From Porticoccaceae bacterium (GTDB lineage Bacteria; Pseudomonadota; Gammaproteobacteria; Pseudomonadales; Porticoccaceae): DNA of 64,000 nt. Below the pieces are notes generated by a model. That model ran no database searches. It saw only the letters and a program-made list of their open reading frames with translations, and had not been told where the DNA came from. The stretch lies in assembly GCA_050250395.1 (NCBI GenBank), contig JBFWOQ010000006.1, forward strand, positions 7,231 through 71,230. The letters are read 5' to 3'. Below are positions 7,724-17,786 of the stretch, piece by piece. The stretch's first letter is position 1. Every line of letters starts with the position of its first letter. The translations under genes and the position numbers were made by a program.

Positions 7724-8236
7724 TTAGGTGGCGGGCGCTCCGAAAATCTTGGCGTGCAGTTTGTCGAAGTCTCGCGCCCAGCCCTCCAGCGTGCGCGGCT
7801 CAACTTTCCAGACATTCGCCAACTGGTGCAGGACTTCTTTGTTGCCCTCGCGCAGCAGCTCGCGGCGTTCCTCGTGAGTGATGTCGTCGAACTCCGCCAG
7901 CGGCGGCCAGTGCAGCGGCGCCGGCTTTGGACTCGGCTCATTCCCGCAGCCGATTCTGTCGGGAGATTCCTTAACTCTCTCACGGCTCGCGGCTTGCCGC
8001 GCGCTGGCAAACTCGCACGCGCTGGCAAACTGCCTCGCCGTCATTCCGCAGGCCAACTTGACGGCCGCTTTGCGCTTCGGCTGTCTTGCGCCGGCGACAA
8101 TCTCGGACAGCACCTCCCGCACTCCGGCCGGGATCACCGCCTCGCGGCGCACCCTGTCCGCTAGCGGCTCGGGATCGCCCATGTCGAACGCCAGAACGGC
8201 GGTGGTCCAGCAGTGCGCTTCGTCGCGCGCGATCAC
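7724..8236 (-). CDS. Hypothetical protein, 170 aa, translationally coupled to int
   Basis: The GTG start overlaps the int stop (GTGA). I recognise no family. Confidence 0.5.
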   Translation of the reverse strand: MIARDEAHCWTTAVLAFDMGDPEPLADRVRREAVIPAGVREVLSEIVAGARQPKRKAAVKLACGMTARQFASACEFASARQAASRERVKESPDRIGCGNEPSPKPAPLHWPPLAEFDDITHEERRELLREGNKEVLHQLANVWKVEPRTLEGWARDFDKLHAKIFGAPAT

Positions 8237-9468
8237 GGCCGCCCTCCGCGAATCGACACCACCTCAGCCATAGGGCGCTTGGACGCGGCGCCCAGCAGTT
8301 CAGCAGCGCGCTCGGCGGCATGCCGAAGTGGATCGTCGGCGACGTGCGCATAGCGCTGCGTGGTGGCTGCCTGCGTATGCCCGAGCATTTCGCCCACGAC
8401 GCGCAGGCTCAGGCCCGCCCCAACCAGTTGCGAGGCGAAAGAGTGTCGCAAATCATGGATTCGAACGTCAGGAATGCCCGCCGTCGTGCGAATGGTTTCC
8501 CAGGCGCGGTTCAGGCGCTGCTGGTGGGCGGCGCCGGCTCGACCCGGGAAAACATAGGCGCTCGTCCTCGGCAGCGCCGACAGCAGATCTATGGCCGCCC
8601 GAGACAGTGGCACCCGGTGCTCGGCCTTCTGCTTGGTGCTGGCGCTCGGCTTGGTCCAGATGCCGAGCTTCAAGTCGAACTGACCCCAGGTCGCCGACAG
8701 CGTCTCGCCACAACGCGCACCGGTCAACAACAGCAGCTTGACGATCGCCGCCGTCTGCGCGCGCCAGGGATCACTCTCGCCGCGCCCCATGTCTTCCCAG
8801 TCGGCCAGTGCCCGGGACAACCGCGCGATCTCGTCATCACTCAAATAGCGGCGCCTCGGCGGCTCCGGATTGCGCTCGACACCTTTGCAAGGGTTGTCCG
8901 CGCGCATCTGCCAGCGGATCGCCAAGCTGAATGCCTTGCTGAGCGCCGCAAGCGTCCGGTTCGCCATGAAGGGGCCACTCTTGGTCGAGACGCGGCGGTG
9001 CAGGCCATCGATATCGGAAAATCGCACCGCGGCGACTTTGAGCCGGCCCAGGGCGGGCCGTATCAGCCGATCCACCAGCCGCTCGGTGTTCTCCGCACTG
9101 GTCGGCCGGTTCTTCGGTCGGACGTGCTCGGCCAGGTAGCGGTCCAGCAGATTGTTGACGGTCGCCGCGGCGCGGGAACTCTCGCGCTCGCCCAGCGGGT
9201 CGCGGCCGGTGCGAATGGCCTGCCGCAGCTCGGCAGCGCGCTTGCGTGCGGCGCCGGTACTCCATTCTGCCGTGCTGCCGATGGTCAGCCGCCGTTCGCG
9301 GCCATCCACCCGGTAATTCAGGATGAACGCGGCCTTGCCATTCGCCATGATCCGGACGCCGAATCCGGGCAGGTCGCTGTCGTAGTGGATCGCATACTTC
9401 CTGCCGCCTTCTGGTTTGGGCAGGGCGGCGATTGCCTTGTCGCTCAATCGGGTGGTTTTGGTGGTCAT
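8233..9468 (-). CDS. int: Tyrosine-type site-specific integrase with an N-terminal arm-DNA-binding (DUF4102-like) domain, 411 aa
   Basis: The N-terminus LSDKAIAALPKPEGGRKYAIHYDSDLPGFGVRIMANGKAAFILNYR matches DUF4102. The C-terminus HDLRHSFASQLV...LGHTQAATTQRYAHV carries the R..HxxR..Y catalytic signature. The gene is adjacent to attR. Confidence 0.92.
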   Translation of the reverse strand: MTTKTTRLSDKAIAALPKPEGGRKYAIHYDSDLPGFGVRIMANGKAAFILNYRVDGRERRLTIGSTAEWSTGAARKRAAELRQAIRTGRDPLGERESSRAAATVNNLLDRYLAEHVRPKNRPTSAENTERLVDRLIRPALGRLKVAAVRFSDIDGLHRRVSTKSGPFMANRTLAALSKAFSLAIRWQMRADNPCKGVERNPEPPRRRYLSDDEIARLSRALADWEDMGRGESDPWRAQTAAIVKLLLLTGARCGETLSATWGQFDLKLGIWTKPSASTKQKAEHRVPLSRAAIDLLSALPRTSAYVFPGRAGAAHQQRLNRAWETIRTTAGIPDVRIHDLRHSFASQLVGAGLSLRVVGEMLGHTQAATTQRYAHVADDPLRHAAERAAELLGAASKRPMAEVVSIRGGRP

Positions 9469-9487
9469 TGGTGCTTCTCCGCTGGTC

Positions 9488-9509
9488 TGTGTCCGTACTG
9501 TGTCCGTAC
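9488..9509 (+). repeat. Motif cluster B: TGTGTCCGTAC x2, a perfect 11-bp tandem, in the int upstream region
   Basis: Read directly from the sequence. It lies between the int ATG (9468) and attR (9638). Confidence 0.85.
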
Positions 9510-9637
9510 ACAAACGGCATTATAGCGGAAAGCAACGCAATTCAAGGAAAACCAGAGCACACGTAACTTATTGTTAGAAACGGAGATTTCTGAAAAACCG
9601 CAGCGGAGACAGTGGCTTAGAAATTGCGTGTGTAAAC

Positions 9638-9683
9638 ACTGTTAATCATTGGGTCGCTGGTTCGAGCCCAGCAGGCGGAGCCA
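9638..9683 (+). repeat. attR core: displaced 3' half of tRNA-Asn (46 bp), not a functional tRNA
   Basis: It is identical to 168..213. No 5' half of a tRNA lies upstream. Confidence 0.9.
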
Positions 9684-9828
9684 GACAAATTTTCCGGCGG
9701 GATGGTCTTTGAGGGTTCGCCCAGGGACGTCTTGCTGGATTCACAAACGCCGGGCCCTCCAGCCTTTGTCGCTGCATCGGAACCGGTTTTGATCTCGCGC
9801 AGAGCTGATTCCACGCTGCGCTCCAGCC

Positions 9829-11196
9829 TTAGTACGCGTTGCGATCAGACCACAAACGACTCACCGTCAAGGCGATGATTTTCAAATCGAGCCCGAGACT
9901 CCAGTTGTCGATGTACCAAAGGTCGTGTTCAACCCGGGCTTTCATCGCGTCAAGCGTGTCCGTCGCACCCCGCAGTCCGTTCACCTGCGCCCAACCGGTA
10001 ATGCCCGGTTTCACTTTATGACGCCTCATGTAGGACTCCACCAGATCCTTGTAGTATTCGTTGTGAGCCAGCGCATGGGGCCGCGGACCGACAATCGACA
10101 TGCGACCTTGCAGTACGTTGACAAATTGCGGCAGTTCATCGAGGCTGGTGCGCCGCAAGAAATGTCCTACCGGCGTAATACGGGGATCCCCCCGGGTCGC
10201 CTGAGTGACGCGACCCTCGGGTTCGGTATGCATGTGCATGGTTCGGAACTTGTAAATTTCGATGGGCTTACCGTCGGCGCCATGCCGATACTGGCGAAAC
10301 AGTACCGGACCAGGCGAACCGAGTTTTACCGCCACGGCCACCAGTAGACACAACGGCGCGAGGATGCCCAGCAGCGCGCACGTCAAGATCACATCTTCGG
10401 CTCGCTTGAGAAGCGCATTGCCCCCCTGAAGCGGTGAATAGGTGAGATCAATCACCAGGTTGTTCCCGAAGCGACCAATGCGCTGGCGAAATAGCCCCAG
10501 GTCATCAATCTGCGGAAAGTAACGGATGTCCACCAGGGTATCGCGCAGCCGGTAGAGCACATCGCGCAGGAGTGCACTACTGGCCAGCGGCAGGGATATC
10601 CATAGTTCCTGAATTTGCAATTGCTTTACGGCGGCCTCGATACCGGCCGCATCCAGGCCCGCATCGAGCGGCAGCATCTTGGCCACCACGCCGCCTTGAC
10701 TGGCAAAACGTTTGGCCAGTTGATCACCTTGAGCGTCGGCGCACACTATGGCTACACGGCGTGGTTGTACTCGCTGCCGCAGCACATGCACCAGACGATG
10801 GGACAGATGGTGCAGGGAAACCACCAGCACCAAGGCGAAGACCACCCACAGACCCAACCACGCGCGCGAAAACCGTTCGGCGACCTTAAAAAACACCAGG
10901 CACAAAATGAATATCCCAAAGCCTGTCAGCAAATAGAACAGCGTCCGGGAAAGGGGGTTTCTTGCCAGTCGGCCGGCCGCAAAAAAATTGCCGTCGAACA
11001 TCAAGACAAATGACACCACCAGCGCGCCATAGTGAATCGCCAACTGATACTGATCGGGCGCGACCAGTGCGCCGAAGCGCGCAAACAGGGCGAGATAACC
11101 AGCAACGGCGATCAGCGCAAAATTGGTCAAAAATGCAAAGCTACGCACCTGACGGCCCCAGTCATGCGTCTTGATAATATCGCCAGGGCGGGTCAT
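9829..11196 (-). CDS. Polyprenyl-phosphate glycosyl-1-phosphate transferase (bacterial sugar transferase, WbaP/WcaJ-like)
   Basis: It has an N-terminal multi-TM region. The C-terminus PGPVLFRQYRHGADGKPIEIYKFRTM...DELPQFVNVLQGRMSIVGPRP is the PF02397 signature. The ATG at 11196 is preferred because the TTG at 11226 lies in the comEA terminator tail. Confidence 0.85.
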   Translation of the reverse strand: MTRPGDIIKTHDWGRQVRSFAFLTNFALIAVAGYLALFARFGALVAPDQYQLAIHYGALVVSFVLMFDGNFFAAGRLARNPLSRTLFYLLTGFGIFILCLVFFKVAERFSRAWLGLWVVFALVLVVSLHHLSHRLVHVLRQRVQPRRVAIVCADAQGDQLAKRFASQGGVVAKMLPLDAGLDAAGIEAAVKQLQIQELWISLPLASSALLRDVLYRLRDTLVDIRYFPQIDDLGLFRQRIGRFGNNLVIDLTYSPLQGGNALLKRAEDVILTCALLGILAPLCLLVAVAVKLGSPGPVLFRQYRHGADGKPIEIYKFRTMHMHTEPEGRVTQATRGDPRITPVGHFLRRTSLDELPQFVNVLQGRMSIVGPRPHALAHNEYYKDLVESYMRRHKVKPGITGWAQVNGLRGATDTLDAMKARVEHDLWYIDNWSLGLDLKIIALTVSRLWSDRNAY

Positions 11197-11224
11197 TTCG
11201 CGCGTTGCCGGTCTCGGGTGCAAC

Positions 11225-11254
11225 AAAAAAGGCCACGCTCCGAAAAACGTGGCC
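11225..11254 (-). terminator. Rho-independent terminator after comEA
   Basis: The minus strand reads GGCCACG-tttttcggag-CGTGGCC followed by TTTTTTGTTG. Confidence 0.65.
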
Positions 11255-11274
11255 GCACGGTTTCGATCCGAGCA

Positions 11275-11613
11275 TCAAAAAGCGATTCTGCCCTCATTTT
11301 GCTTGAGAATCGCCTCTCCGATGCCCTTGACATTGAGTAGCTGCGCCTGGTCCTTGAAAGGACCGTTCGTTTCCCGGTAGGCGACGATCGCCTGAGCCTT
11401 GGCGGGTCCCACTCCAACCAGTCCCGACGCGAGCTGCTCGACACTTGCGGTATTGACGTTGACCGCCGCCTCGGTCCTGGTCGCTGCCTGGGTAGTGCTT
11501 GTCGGAGGCTTATCAACGCCAGCCTTGCCCTCCACGGCCCAGAGTGAGGTTGAAGGCAGCATCAAAGCCATGGCCACCAAAGCCATCTTTTCCAATCGAC
11601 GCATCTTTTTCAT
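11275..11613 (-). CDS. comEA: ComEA-family helix-hairpin-helix DNA-binding protein
   Basis: It has a signal peptide, then VNVNTASVEQLASGLVGVGPAKAQAIVAYRETNGPFKDQAQLLNVKGIGEAIL. Confidence 0.88.
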   Translation of the reverse strand: MKKMRRLEKMALVAMALMLPSTSLWAVEGKAGVDKPPTSTTQAATRTEAAVNVNTASVEQLASGLVGVGPAKAQAIVAYRETNGPFKDQAQLLNVKGIGEAILKQNEGRIAF

Positions 11614-11675
11614 GTTGAACTCCCTGCACTTGCGTGCTCCTTGTCAATGAATGAGCGCGATCACTTCGCGCCCGG

Positions 11676-12392
11676 TCAATATTCTGCGATTTGCCGGGCC
11701 ATATCAAGCAGGACTGCCACGGGGTCCGTGGACAGCGTTACCGGTCGCCCCACGACCAGATAATCGCTGCCGGCCCGGACCGCCTCCAACGGCGTCATCA
11801 CCCGCGTCTGGTCATCACCGGCGGCTATCCCGGTACCGCCCCTGATCCCGGGTGTGATACAGAGAAAGTCGTCACCGAGCCGGCGGTGTATCGCGTGCGC
11901 TTCCCATGGCGAGCACACCACGCCGTCGAGCCCGCTGCGCTGGGCCAAGGCGGCAAGATGAAGGGCTTGCTCTACCAGCGGTCGCTCGCACCCGATCTCG
12001 TCGAGATCCGCCTGGTTCATGCTGGTGAGAATGGTAACTGCCACCAGCAGCAGCTGTTGCCCCGCCGCGCGGAGGGAGTCTGCCGCCGCCGCCATCATGG
12101 CGCCACCGCCCGCGGCATGGACGTTGGTCATCCAGACACCGAGGTTGCCGGCCGCAGCAACTGCCTTGGCGACCGTCGAAGGAATATCGTGAAATTTCAG
12201 GTCGAGGAACACGTCGAACCTCGACGCCACCAGGCGCTGAACCAGTTGCGGCCCGGCTGCGGTAAACAGCTCCTTGCCGACCTTGAGACGACAGAGATCC
12301 GGATGCACTTTGCCGACGAATCTCAGCGCCGAGTCCGCGTCAGGGTAATCCAGGGCCACGATTATGCGTGATCCCCGGGGGCACTGAGCCAT
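11676..12392 (-). CDS. pyrF: Orotidine-5'-phosphate decarboxylase
   Basis: IIVALDYPD...LCRLKVGKELF...DVFLDLKFHDIPSTV matches PyrF. The ATG at 12392 avoids overlap with lapA, whereas the ORF-track start is a TTG at 12446. Confidence 0.9.
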   Translation of the reverse strand: MAQCPRGSRIIVALDYPDADSALRFVGKVHPDLCRLKVGKELFTAAGPQLVQRLVASRFDVFLDLKFHDIPSTVAKAVAAAGNLGVWMTNVHAAGGGAMMAAAADSLRAAGQQLLLVAVTILTSMNQADLDEIGCERPLVEQALHLAALAQRSGLDGVVCSPWEAHAIHRRLGDDFLCITPGIRGGTGIAAGDDQTRVMTPLEAVRAGSDYLVVGRPVTLSTDPVAVLLDMARQIAEY

Positions 12393-12405
12393 TACCCGCC
12401 ACCCG

Positions 12406-12678
12406 TCATTTCGCGATGGTCTTGAGTCGCGCGACTTCGCGTTCAAGACGCCGTTGCCGCAACCTCGCGGCGCCCAGCACGGGTACGGTCGCGAGCACGG
12501 TGCTCAGCACTCCGATCAGAAACGTCAGTGTCAGCCAGATACCCAACGGCAACTCCCCCAGCGGAAAGCCGAGCAGCACCAAGGCCACCGAGGTGTCGTT
12601 GTCCTGCACGAACCACACACCGATGCCGGCCATCGGCAGCGCCAGCAACGCCCAGAACAATGCCTTGGTTCGGCGCAC
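12406..12678 (-). CDS. lapA: LapA-family (DUF1049) inner-membrane protein
   Basis: It is a two-TM 90-aa protein with a basic C-terminal tail RLRQRRLEREVARLK. It occupies the conserved position after ihfB. Confidence 0.7.
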   Translation of the reverse strand: MRRTKALFWALLALPMAGIGVWFVQDNDTSVALVLLGFPLGELPLGIWLTLTFLIGVLSTVLATVPVLGAARLRQRRLEREVARLKTIAK

Positions 12679-12696
12679 GGTGCGGTTCCTCGCGCT

Positions 12697-12993
12697 TCAG
12701 CGCTCCAGCGACGCGTTCACACGCTCGCGGAGTTCCTTGCCCGGTTTGAAATAGGGAACCCATTTTCCCGGCAATTCCACGGCACCGCCAGTCTTCGGGT
12801 TGCGTCCCAAACGGGGCGCGCGGTAGTGCAGACAAAAACTGCCGAACCCTCGAATTTCGATACGCCGATTGTTGATCAGCGCCCGTGCCATTTCTTCCAT
12901 GATCATTTTGATGGCCATTTCCACATCCCTGGGCTGCAACTGATCCTGCCGCGCAGCGATGCGTTCTATAAGGTCGGACTTGGTCAATGGCAT
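12697..12993 (-). CDS. ihfB: Integration host factor subunit beta
   Basis: [16 protein letters not shown]...[49 protein letters not shown] matches IHF beta. Confidence 0.95.
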   Translation of the reverse strand: MPLTKSDLIERIAARQDQLQPRDVEMAIKMIMEEMARALINNRRIEIRGFGSFCLHYRAPRLGRNPKTGGAVELPGKWVPYFKPGKELRERVNASLER

Positions 12994-13024
12994 AGGCACC
13001 ACCGCGTATAAAGTGCAAACCCGA

Positions 13025-14707
13025 TTAGCGATCCGCGCTGTCCATTTGCGCCTTGATCAGATCGCCGATAGTCGTGTTGGGCATCGCCTCGGCTTCCTGA
13101 CGCTTGTGCGCCTTGACCGCGGCACGCTCGTCGGTGGACTCCCTCGCCTTGACGGAAAGATTGATGATGCGGTTCTTGCGATCGATATTGATGATCTGCG
13201 CTTCCACCTTGTCATCGACACGCAAGGCGTTACGCGCATCCTCTACCCGGTCCCGACCGATCTCGGATGCCTTCAACTGCCCCTCGATGCCGTCGCCAAG
13301 ATCGATGATGGCGCCCTTGGCATCCACTTCACGGACCGTTCCGCTAACGATGGCACCCTTGTCATTGCGGGCAACGTAGTTGGAAAAGGGGTCATCCGCC
13401 AGTTGCTTGATGCCGAGCGAAATCCGCTCGCGCTCGGGATCCACGGCCAGAATCACTGTTTCGATCTCGTCGCCCTTGCGATAGTTGCGTACCGCTTCTT
13501 CGCCGGGCTGATTCCAGGAAATATCGGACAGGTGGACAAGGCCGTCGATCCCGCCGTCCAGGCCGATAAAAATACCGAAGTCGGTAATGGACTTGATCGT
13601 GCCCTTGATCAGATCGTTCTTGGAGTGGAGCTTGCCGAACTCGTCCCAGGGGTTGGGCATGCATTGCTTCATGCCCAGCGAGATGCGGCGCCGCTCTTCG
13701 TCGATGTCGAGCACCATGACTTCGATGCGGTCACCGACCTGGACCACTTTCGAGGGATGGATGTTCTTGTTGGTCCAATCCATTTCGGACACATGCACAA
13801 GCCCTTCGACACCGTCTTCCAGTTCGGCAAAGCAGCCGTAGTCGGTGAGATTGGTCACGGTCGCCAGTAGGCGGGCATTGCGCGGGTAACGCGCCACGAT
13901 ATCGCTCCAGGGATCTTCGCCGAGCTGCTTCAGGCCGAGGGAAACACGGTTGCGCTCGCGGTCGAACTTGAGCACCTTGACGTCGATCTCGTCGCCCACC
14001 TCAACGACTTCACTCGGATGCTTGACGCGCTTCCAGGACATGTCGGTGATGTGCAACAGGCCATCGATACCACCCAGATCGACAAAGGCGCCGTAATCGG
14101 TGAGGTTCTTGACCACGCCCTTGCGGACCACGCCTTCTTCCAGGGTGCGCAGCAATTCCTCACGCTCGACGCTGTTGGCGGCCTCCATGACGGCGCGGCG
14201 CGAAACCACGACATTATTGCGCTTCTGATCGAGCTTGATGATCTTGAATTCTAGCGGCTTGTCTTCCAGATGCGTGGTTTCGCGCACCGGCCGGACATCG
14301 ACGAGGGAGCCGGGCAGGAAGGCGCGCACGCCATCCAGATCCACGGTAAATCCGCCCTTGACCTTGCCACTGATGATCCCGGTCACCGCGTTGCCTTCGG
14401 TGAACGCCTTTTCGAGCACCATCCAGGATTCCGCGCGGCGTGCTTTCTCCCGTGACAAGCGGGTGGCGCCAAACCCGTCCTCGACAGCCTCCAGGGCCAC
14501 CTGCACTTCGTCGCCGATGGCAACCTTGGCGATGCCGTTTTCGTCGAAAAACTGGCTCAGCGGAATGATGCCCTCGGACTTCAATCCGGCATGGACCGTA
14601 ACCCAGTCCTTGTCCACATCGATCACGACACCGGTGACGATGGTGCCGGGCACCATGTCGACAGTTTTCAGGCTTTCTTCAAACAGTTGGGAGAAACTTT
14701 CGCTCAT
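13025..14707 (-). CDS. rpsA: 30S ribosomal protein S1
   Basis: It is 560 aa with six S1 repeats. The N-terminus is [28 protein letters not shown]. Confidence 0.97.
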   Translation of the reverse strand: MSESFSQLFEESLKTVDMVPGTIVTGVVIDVDKDWVTVHAGLKSEGIIPLSQFFDENGIAKVAIGDEVQVALEAVEDGFGATRLSREKARRAESWMVLEKAFTEGNAVTGIISGKVKGGFTVDLDGVRAFLPGSLVDVRPVRETTHLEDKPLEFKIIKLDQKRNNVVVSRRAVMEAANSVEREELLRTLEEGVVRKGVVKNLTDYGAFVDLGGIDGLLHITDMSWKRVKHPSEVVEVGDEIDVKVLKFDRERNRVSLGLKQLGEDPWSDIVARYPRNARLLATVTNLTDYGCFAELEDGVEGLVHVSEMDWTNKNIHPSKVVQVGDRIEVMVLDIDEERRRISLGMKQCMPNPWDEFGKLHSKNDLIKGTIKSITDFGIFIGLDGGIDGLVHLSDISWNQPGEEAVRNYRKGDEIETVILAVDPERERISLGIKQLADDPFSNYVARNDKGAIVSGTVREVDAKGAIIDLGDGIEGQLKASEIGRDRVEDARNALRVDDKVEAQIINIDRKNRIINLSVKARESTDERAAVKAHKRQEAEAMPNTTIGDLIKAQMDSADR

Positions 14708-14858
14708 TGCGTCTGATACTCATGGTGGTGCGCTTGCGCGCCGACCCGCTGCCAGCCCAGGGGTCGTCTGCTTGGTTGAGGGGTCCGCGGCCCGGACTGG
14801 AATGAACACCGCGCACCCATCGTTAAACGTCGTTAAAAACCCACGGCGTGTGCGACTG

Positions 14859-15545
14859 CTACCGCAATCGCTCCCGCGCCACCGCCAGGATCGCCTCGAC
14901 CACTTCGTCGATGGTCATTGTGGTGGAATCCATGACCGTCGCATCGTCCGCCGGTCGCAGCGGCGCCACCGGGCGGGTGCGATCCCGCTCGTCGCGCTCG
15001 TTGACCTGTGCGACAAGGTCGCGAAGGCTAGCAGTTTCCCCTTTTCCAATCAACTGGTTATAGCGTCTCCGGGCACGTTCGTCGGGACTCGCGGTGAGGA
15101 ACACCTTCAGGGCGGCATCCGGAAAAACCACCGTGCCCATATCCCGGCCGTCGGCGACCAGCCCCGGCGGGCGGGCAAAAGCCCGCTGCCTGCGCAGCAG
15201 CGCTGCGCGAACTTCGGGGAAGGTCGCCACAAGAGACGCCTGCGCACCGATCTGCTCTGCACGCAGCAATCGGGTGACATCCTCTCCCTCCAGCGTAATG
15301 GTGGGTTCCGCGTCGCCCGGGGCCATACGGAACAGGACATCCATATGGGCGGCGAGCACGGCAAGACCATCGATATTGCTGAATGTCACCTGATGGCGCG
15401 CGGCCGCCACGGCGAGCAGTCGGTACAGAGCCCCGCTGTCGAGGTAATGAAAACCCAGCCGACGGGCCAGAATCACACTGACCGTGCCCTTGCCCGCGCC
15501 GCTCGGTCCGTCGATGGCGATCACGGGCGTCGCTGCATCTTTCAT
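14859..15545 (-). CDS. cmk: (d)CMP kinase
   Basis: [16 protein letters not shown]...YLDSGALYR is the Cmk signature. The start shows ATGA coupling with the upstream gene. Confidence 0.95.
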   Translation of the reverse strand: MKDAATPVIAIDGPSGAGKGTVSVILARRLGFHYLDSGALYRLLAVAAARHQVTFSNIDGLAVLAAHMDVLFRMAPGDAEPTITLEGEDVTRLLRAEQIGAQASLVATFPEVRAALLRRQRAFARPPGLVADGRDMGTVVFPDAALKVFLTASPDERARRRYNQLIGKGETASLRDLVAQVNERDERDRTRPVAPLRPADDATVMDSTTMTIDEVVEAILAVARERLR

Positions 15546-17782
15546 TCCGTCACCTCGACAATTCCCAGTCCAACGCCATTCGCCAGCTGGGGAAAACCCG
15601 GAAACGATGTCAGCACATTAGTGCAGTCGCGGATAACAACGGTTCCTGTCGCGCGCAGCGCGGCAATGGCAAAAGCCATGGCGATACGGTGATCGCCCTG
15701 ACTCTCGACCGTACCCGCGCCGAGCGTACCGCCCACGATGCGGATACCGTCTGGCGTCGGCTGGGCGTCGATACCCAGCAGGTTCAGCCCATCCGCCATG
15801 GACTGAATGCGATCGCTCTCCTTGACCCGCAATTCCGCGGCACCGGTCAATACGGTGGTGCCCTCGGCACAGGCGGCGGCGATGAACAGCGCGGGAAATT
15901 CATCGATTGCGTTGGCCACGAGATTTGGCGGTATGACAATCCCCTTGAGCGGCGCGGCACGCACCCGGAGGTCGGCGACCGGTTCACCGCCGACTTCCCG
16001 CATGTTCAGCAGTTCGATATCGGCACCCATGGCGCGCAGGATATGAATCACCCCATCGCGAGTCGGGTTGACGCCCACCCCGCGCAGCGTCAGATCGGAG
16101 CCGGGAGCAATGCTCGCACCGACCAGAAAGAACGCGGCGGATGAAATATCGCCCGGAATCTGGAGGTCGCAGGCCACCAGCCTGCCGCCGCCGGTGAGGC
16201 GGATACGGCCCTCTTCGTCGCGCACGGGGTACTGAAAGCCGCGCAGCATGCGCTCCGTGTGGTCCCGGGTCGGGGCAGGCTCGAGCAGATCGGTTTCGCC
16301 CTCGGCGCGCAGGCCCGCGAGCAGCAGACAGGACTTCACCTGAGCACTCGCGATGGGCAAATCGTAGCGAATTCCGCGCAACTCCTGACCACCGGTAATC
16401 ACGAGTGGCGGCGTTCCCGCCGCGGTCGCCTCGATCCGGGCACCCATGCGCGCCAGGGGTTCGGTCACGCGCCGCATCGGCCGTTTCGACAGGGATGCGT
16501 CGCCGGCCAGGGTGACATCGAAGCCTTGCCCCGCCAGCAAACCGGTCAGCAGTCGCATGGAGGTGCCGGAATTGCCGAGATAAAGCGGCCCGGCAGGCGG
16601 TTTCAGCCCACCCATGCCAACGCCGTGAATGACCAGAGCGCCATGATGCGGGCCTTCGATGACCACGCCCATATCCCGGAATGCCTGCAGCGTCGCCAGA
16701 CTGTCCTCCCCTTCGAGAAAGCCCTCCACCCGGGTGACACCCTCGGCGAGCGCGCCCAGCATGATGGCGCGATGAGAAATGGATTTGTCGCCCGGCACGC
16801 GGATGTCGCCGGTCAAACTGCCGCCCGGGGCAACGCGGTAGGCGCTGCGGTTGGTGGAGATGCTCATATAGGGTTTGCTCTCCTGCATAACCTCGAAATG
16901 CCGGCGCGCCGCCTGGGCCCGGGTAAAAATGCCGGTAAGAAAGTCGCTGTCGCCGCCGGCAATCGCCGCGCGCAAGGCGGCGAGTTGCGTCTCGAAGCGA
17001 TCGAATACCGCCAGCAACGCCGTCCGATTCGCCAAGGCAATGTCGCGCCACATCACCGGGTCGCTACCGGCAATGCGGGTAAAGTCCCGGAAGCCGCCGG
17101 CGGCATAGCGGAAAATTTCCTGGCTGCGCGCCATTTCGGCCAGGGCGTCCACCAGACCGAAGGCGAGCATGTGGGGCAAGTGGCTGGTGGCGGCCAGCAC
17201 CTGATCGTGCACCTCGGGGGTGAGCTCGCTGACCCGGGCGCCGACACCGGCCCACAGATTGCGCACCCGCTCCAGGTGGGCAGGATCCGTCTCCGCAACC
17301 GGCGTCAGGATGACTTCGTGGTGCTCGTACAGATCGGCGCGCGCCGCGCCGACACCGCTTTTCTCGGACCCCGCAATGGGATGCCCGGGCACGAACTGCG
17401 GCGGCATGGCGCCATAGACACGCTGCGCGGCCACCACCACGCTGCCCTTCACACTGGCCACATCCGTCAGGGTCACGCCGCTGTCGGCATGGCGTCGAAT
17501 CTCCGTCAGGATGTCCGGCACGACCTGGGTCGGCACCCCGATCACCACCAGATCGCCGGACGTCAGTTGCGACAACGCGGTCGGCAGATGGGGTTCGATG
17601 CGGTCGACAACCTGCAGGCGTACGGCGTCCGCCAGAGTGCCTTCGCTGCGTGAATAGCCGATGACTTCTCGACACAGTCCCCGCTGGCGCGCCGCCAACG
17701 CCAGACTGCCACCCATGAGACCGAGTCCCACGATCAACAGGCGCCCGACTCCGGCGTGGCGTTCGTTCACCTTGCGCGACAC
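15542..17782 (-). CDS. aroA: Bifunctional prephenate dehydrogenase / 3-phosphoshikimate 1-carboxyvinyltransferase (TyrA-AroA fusion), 746 aa
   Basis: The N-terminal NAD-binding [16 protein letters not shown] belongs to a prephenate dehydrogenase domain. The C-terminal EPSP synthase motifs are [11 protein letters not shown] and VKESDRI. The same fusion is known in Pseudomonas. Confidence 0.93.
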   Translation of the reverse strand: MSRKVNERHAGVGRLLIVGLGLMGGSLALAARQRGLCREVIGYSRSEGTLADAVRLQVVDRIEPHLPTALSQLTSGDLVVIGVPTQVVPDILTEIRRHADSGVTLTDVASVKGSVVVAAQRVYGAMPPQFVPGHPIAGSEKSGVGAARADLYEHHEVILTPVAETDPAHLERVRNLWAGVGARVSELTPEVHDQVLAATSHLPHMLAFGLVDALAEMARSQEIFRYAAGGFRDFTRIAGSDPVMWRDIALANRTALLAVFDRFETQLAALRAAIAGGDSDFLTGIFTRAQAARRHFEVMQESKPYMSISTNRSAYRVAPGGSLTGDIRVPGDKSISHRAIMLGALAEGVTRVEGFLEGEDSLATLQAFRDMGVVIEGPHHGALVIHGVGMGGLKPPAGPLYLGNSGTSMRLLTGLLAGQGFDVTLAGDASLSKRPMRRVTEPLARMGARIEATAAGTPPLVITGGQELRGIRYDLPIASAQVKSCLLLAGLRAEGETDLLEPAPTRDHTERMLRGFQYPVRDEEGRIRLTGGGRLVACDLQIPGDISSAAFFLVGASIAPGSDLTLRGVGVNPTRDGVIHILRAMGADIELLNMREVGGEPVADLRVRAAPLKGIVIPPNLVANAIDEFPALFIAAACAEGTTVLTGAAELRVKESDRIQSMADGLNLLGIDAQPTPDGIRIVGGTLGAGTVESQGDHRIAMAFAIAALRATGTVVIRDCTNVLTSFPGFPQLANGVGLGIVEVTE

Positions 17783-17786
17783 CGAC

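Larger units (their letters stand above)
168..9683. mobile_element. tRNA-Asn-integrated genomic island: prophage remnant or phage-satellite (PICI/P4-like) element, about 9.5 kb
   Basis: Perfect 46-bp direct repeats of the tRNA 3' half flank the region. It carries int, alpA, a RepA-like ATPase, terS, terL, hicBA and a portal fragment, all on the minus strand. Confidence 0.85.

Noticed and set aside
9638-9683. A second tRNA-Asn gene.
   Set aside because: Only the 3' 46 nt, from the anticodon loop to CCA, is present, and there is no acceptor 5' strand or D-arm upstream. It is the displaced att repeat.
12393-12405. Absence of lapB (yciM) between lapA and pyrF as a possible deletion.
   Set aside because: The lapA-pyrF junction is tight (13 nt) and shows no scar. 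lapB may simply be encoded elsewhere, and this cannot be judged from this window.
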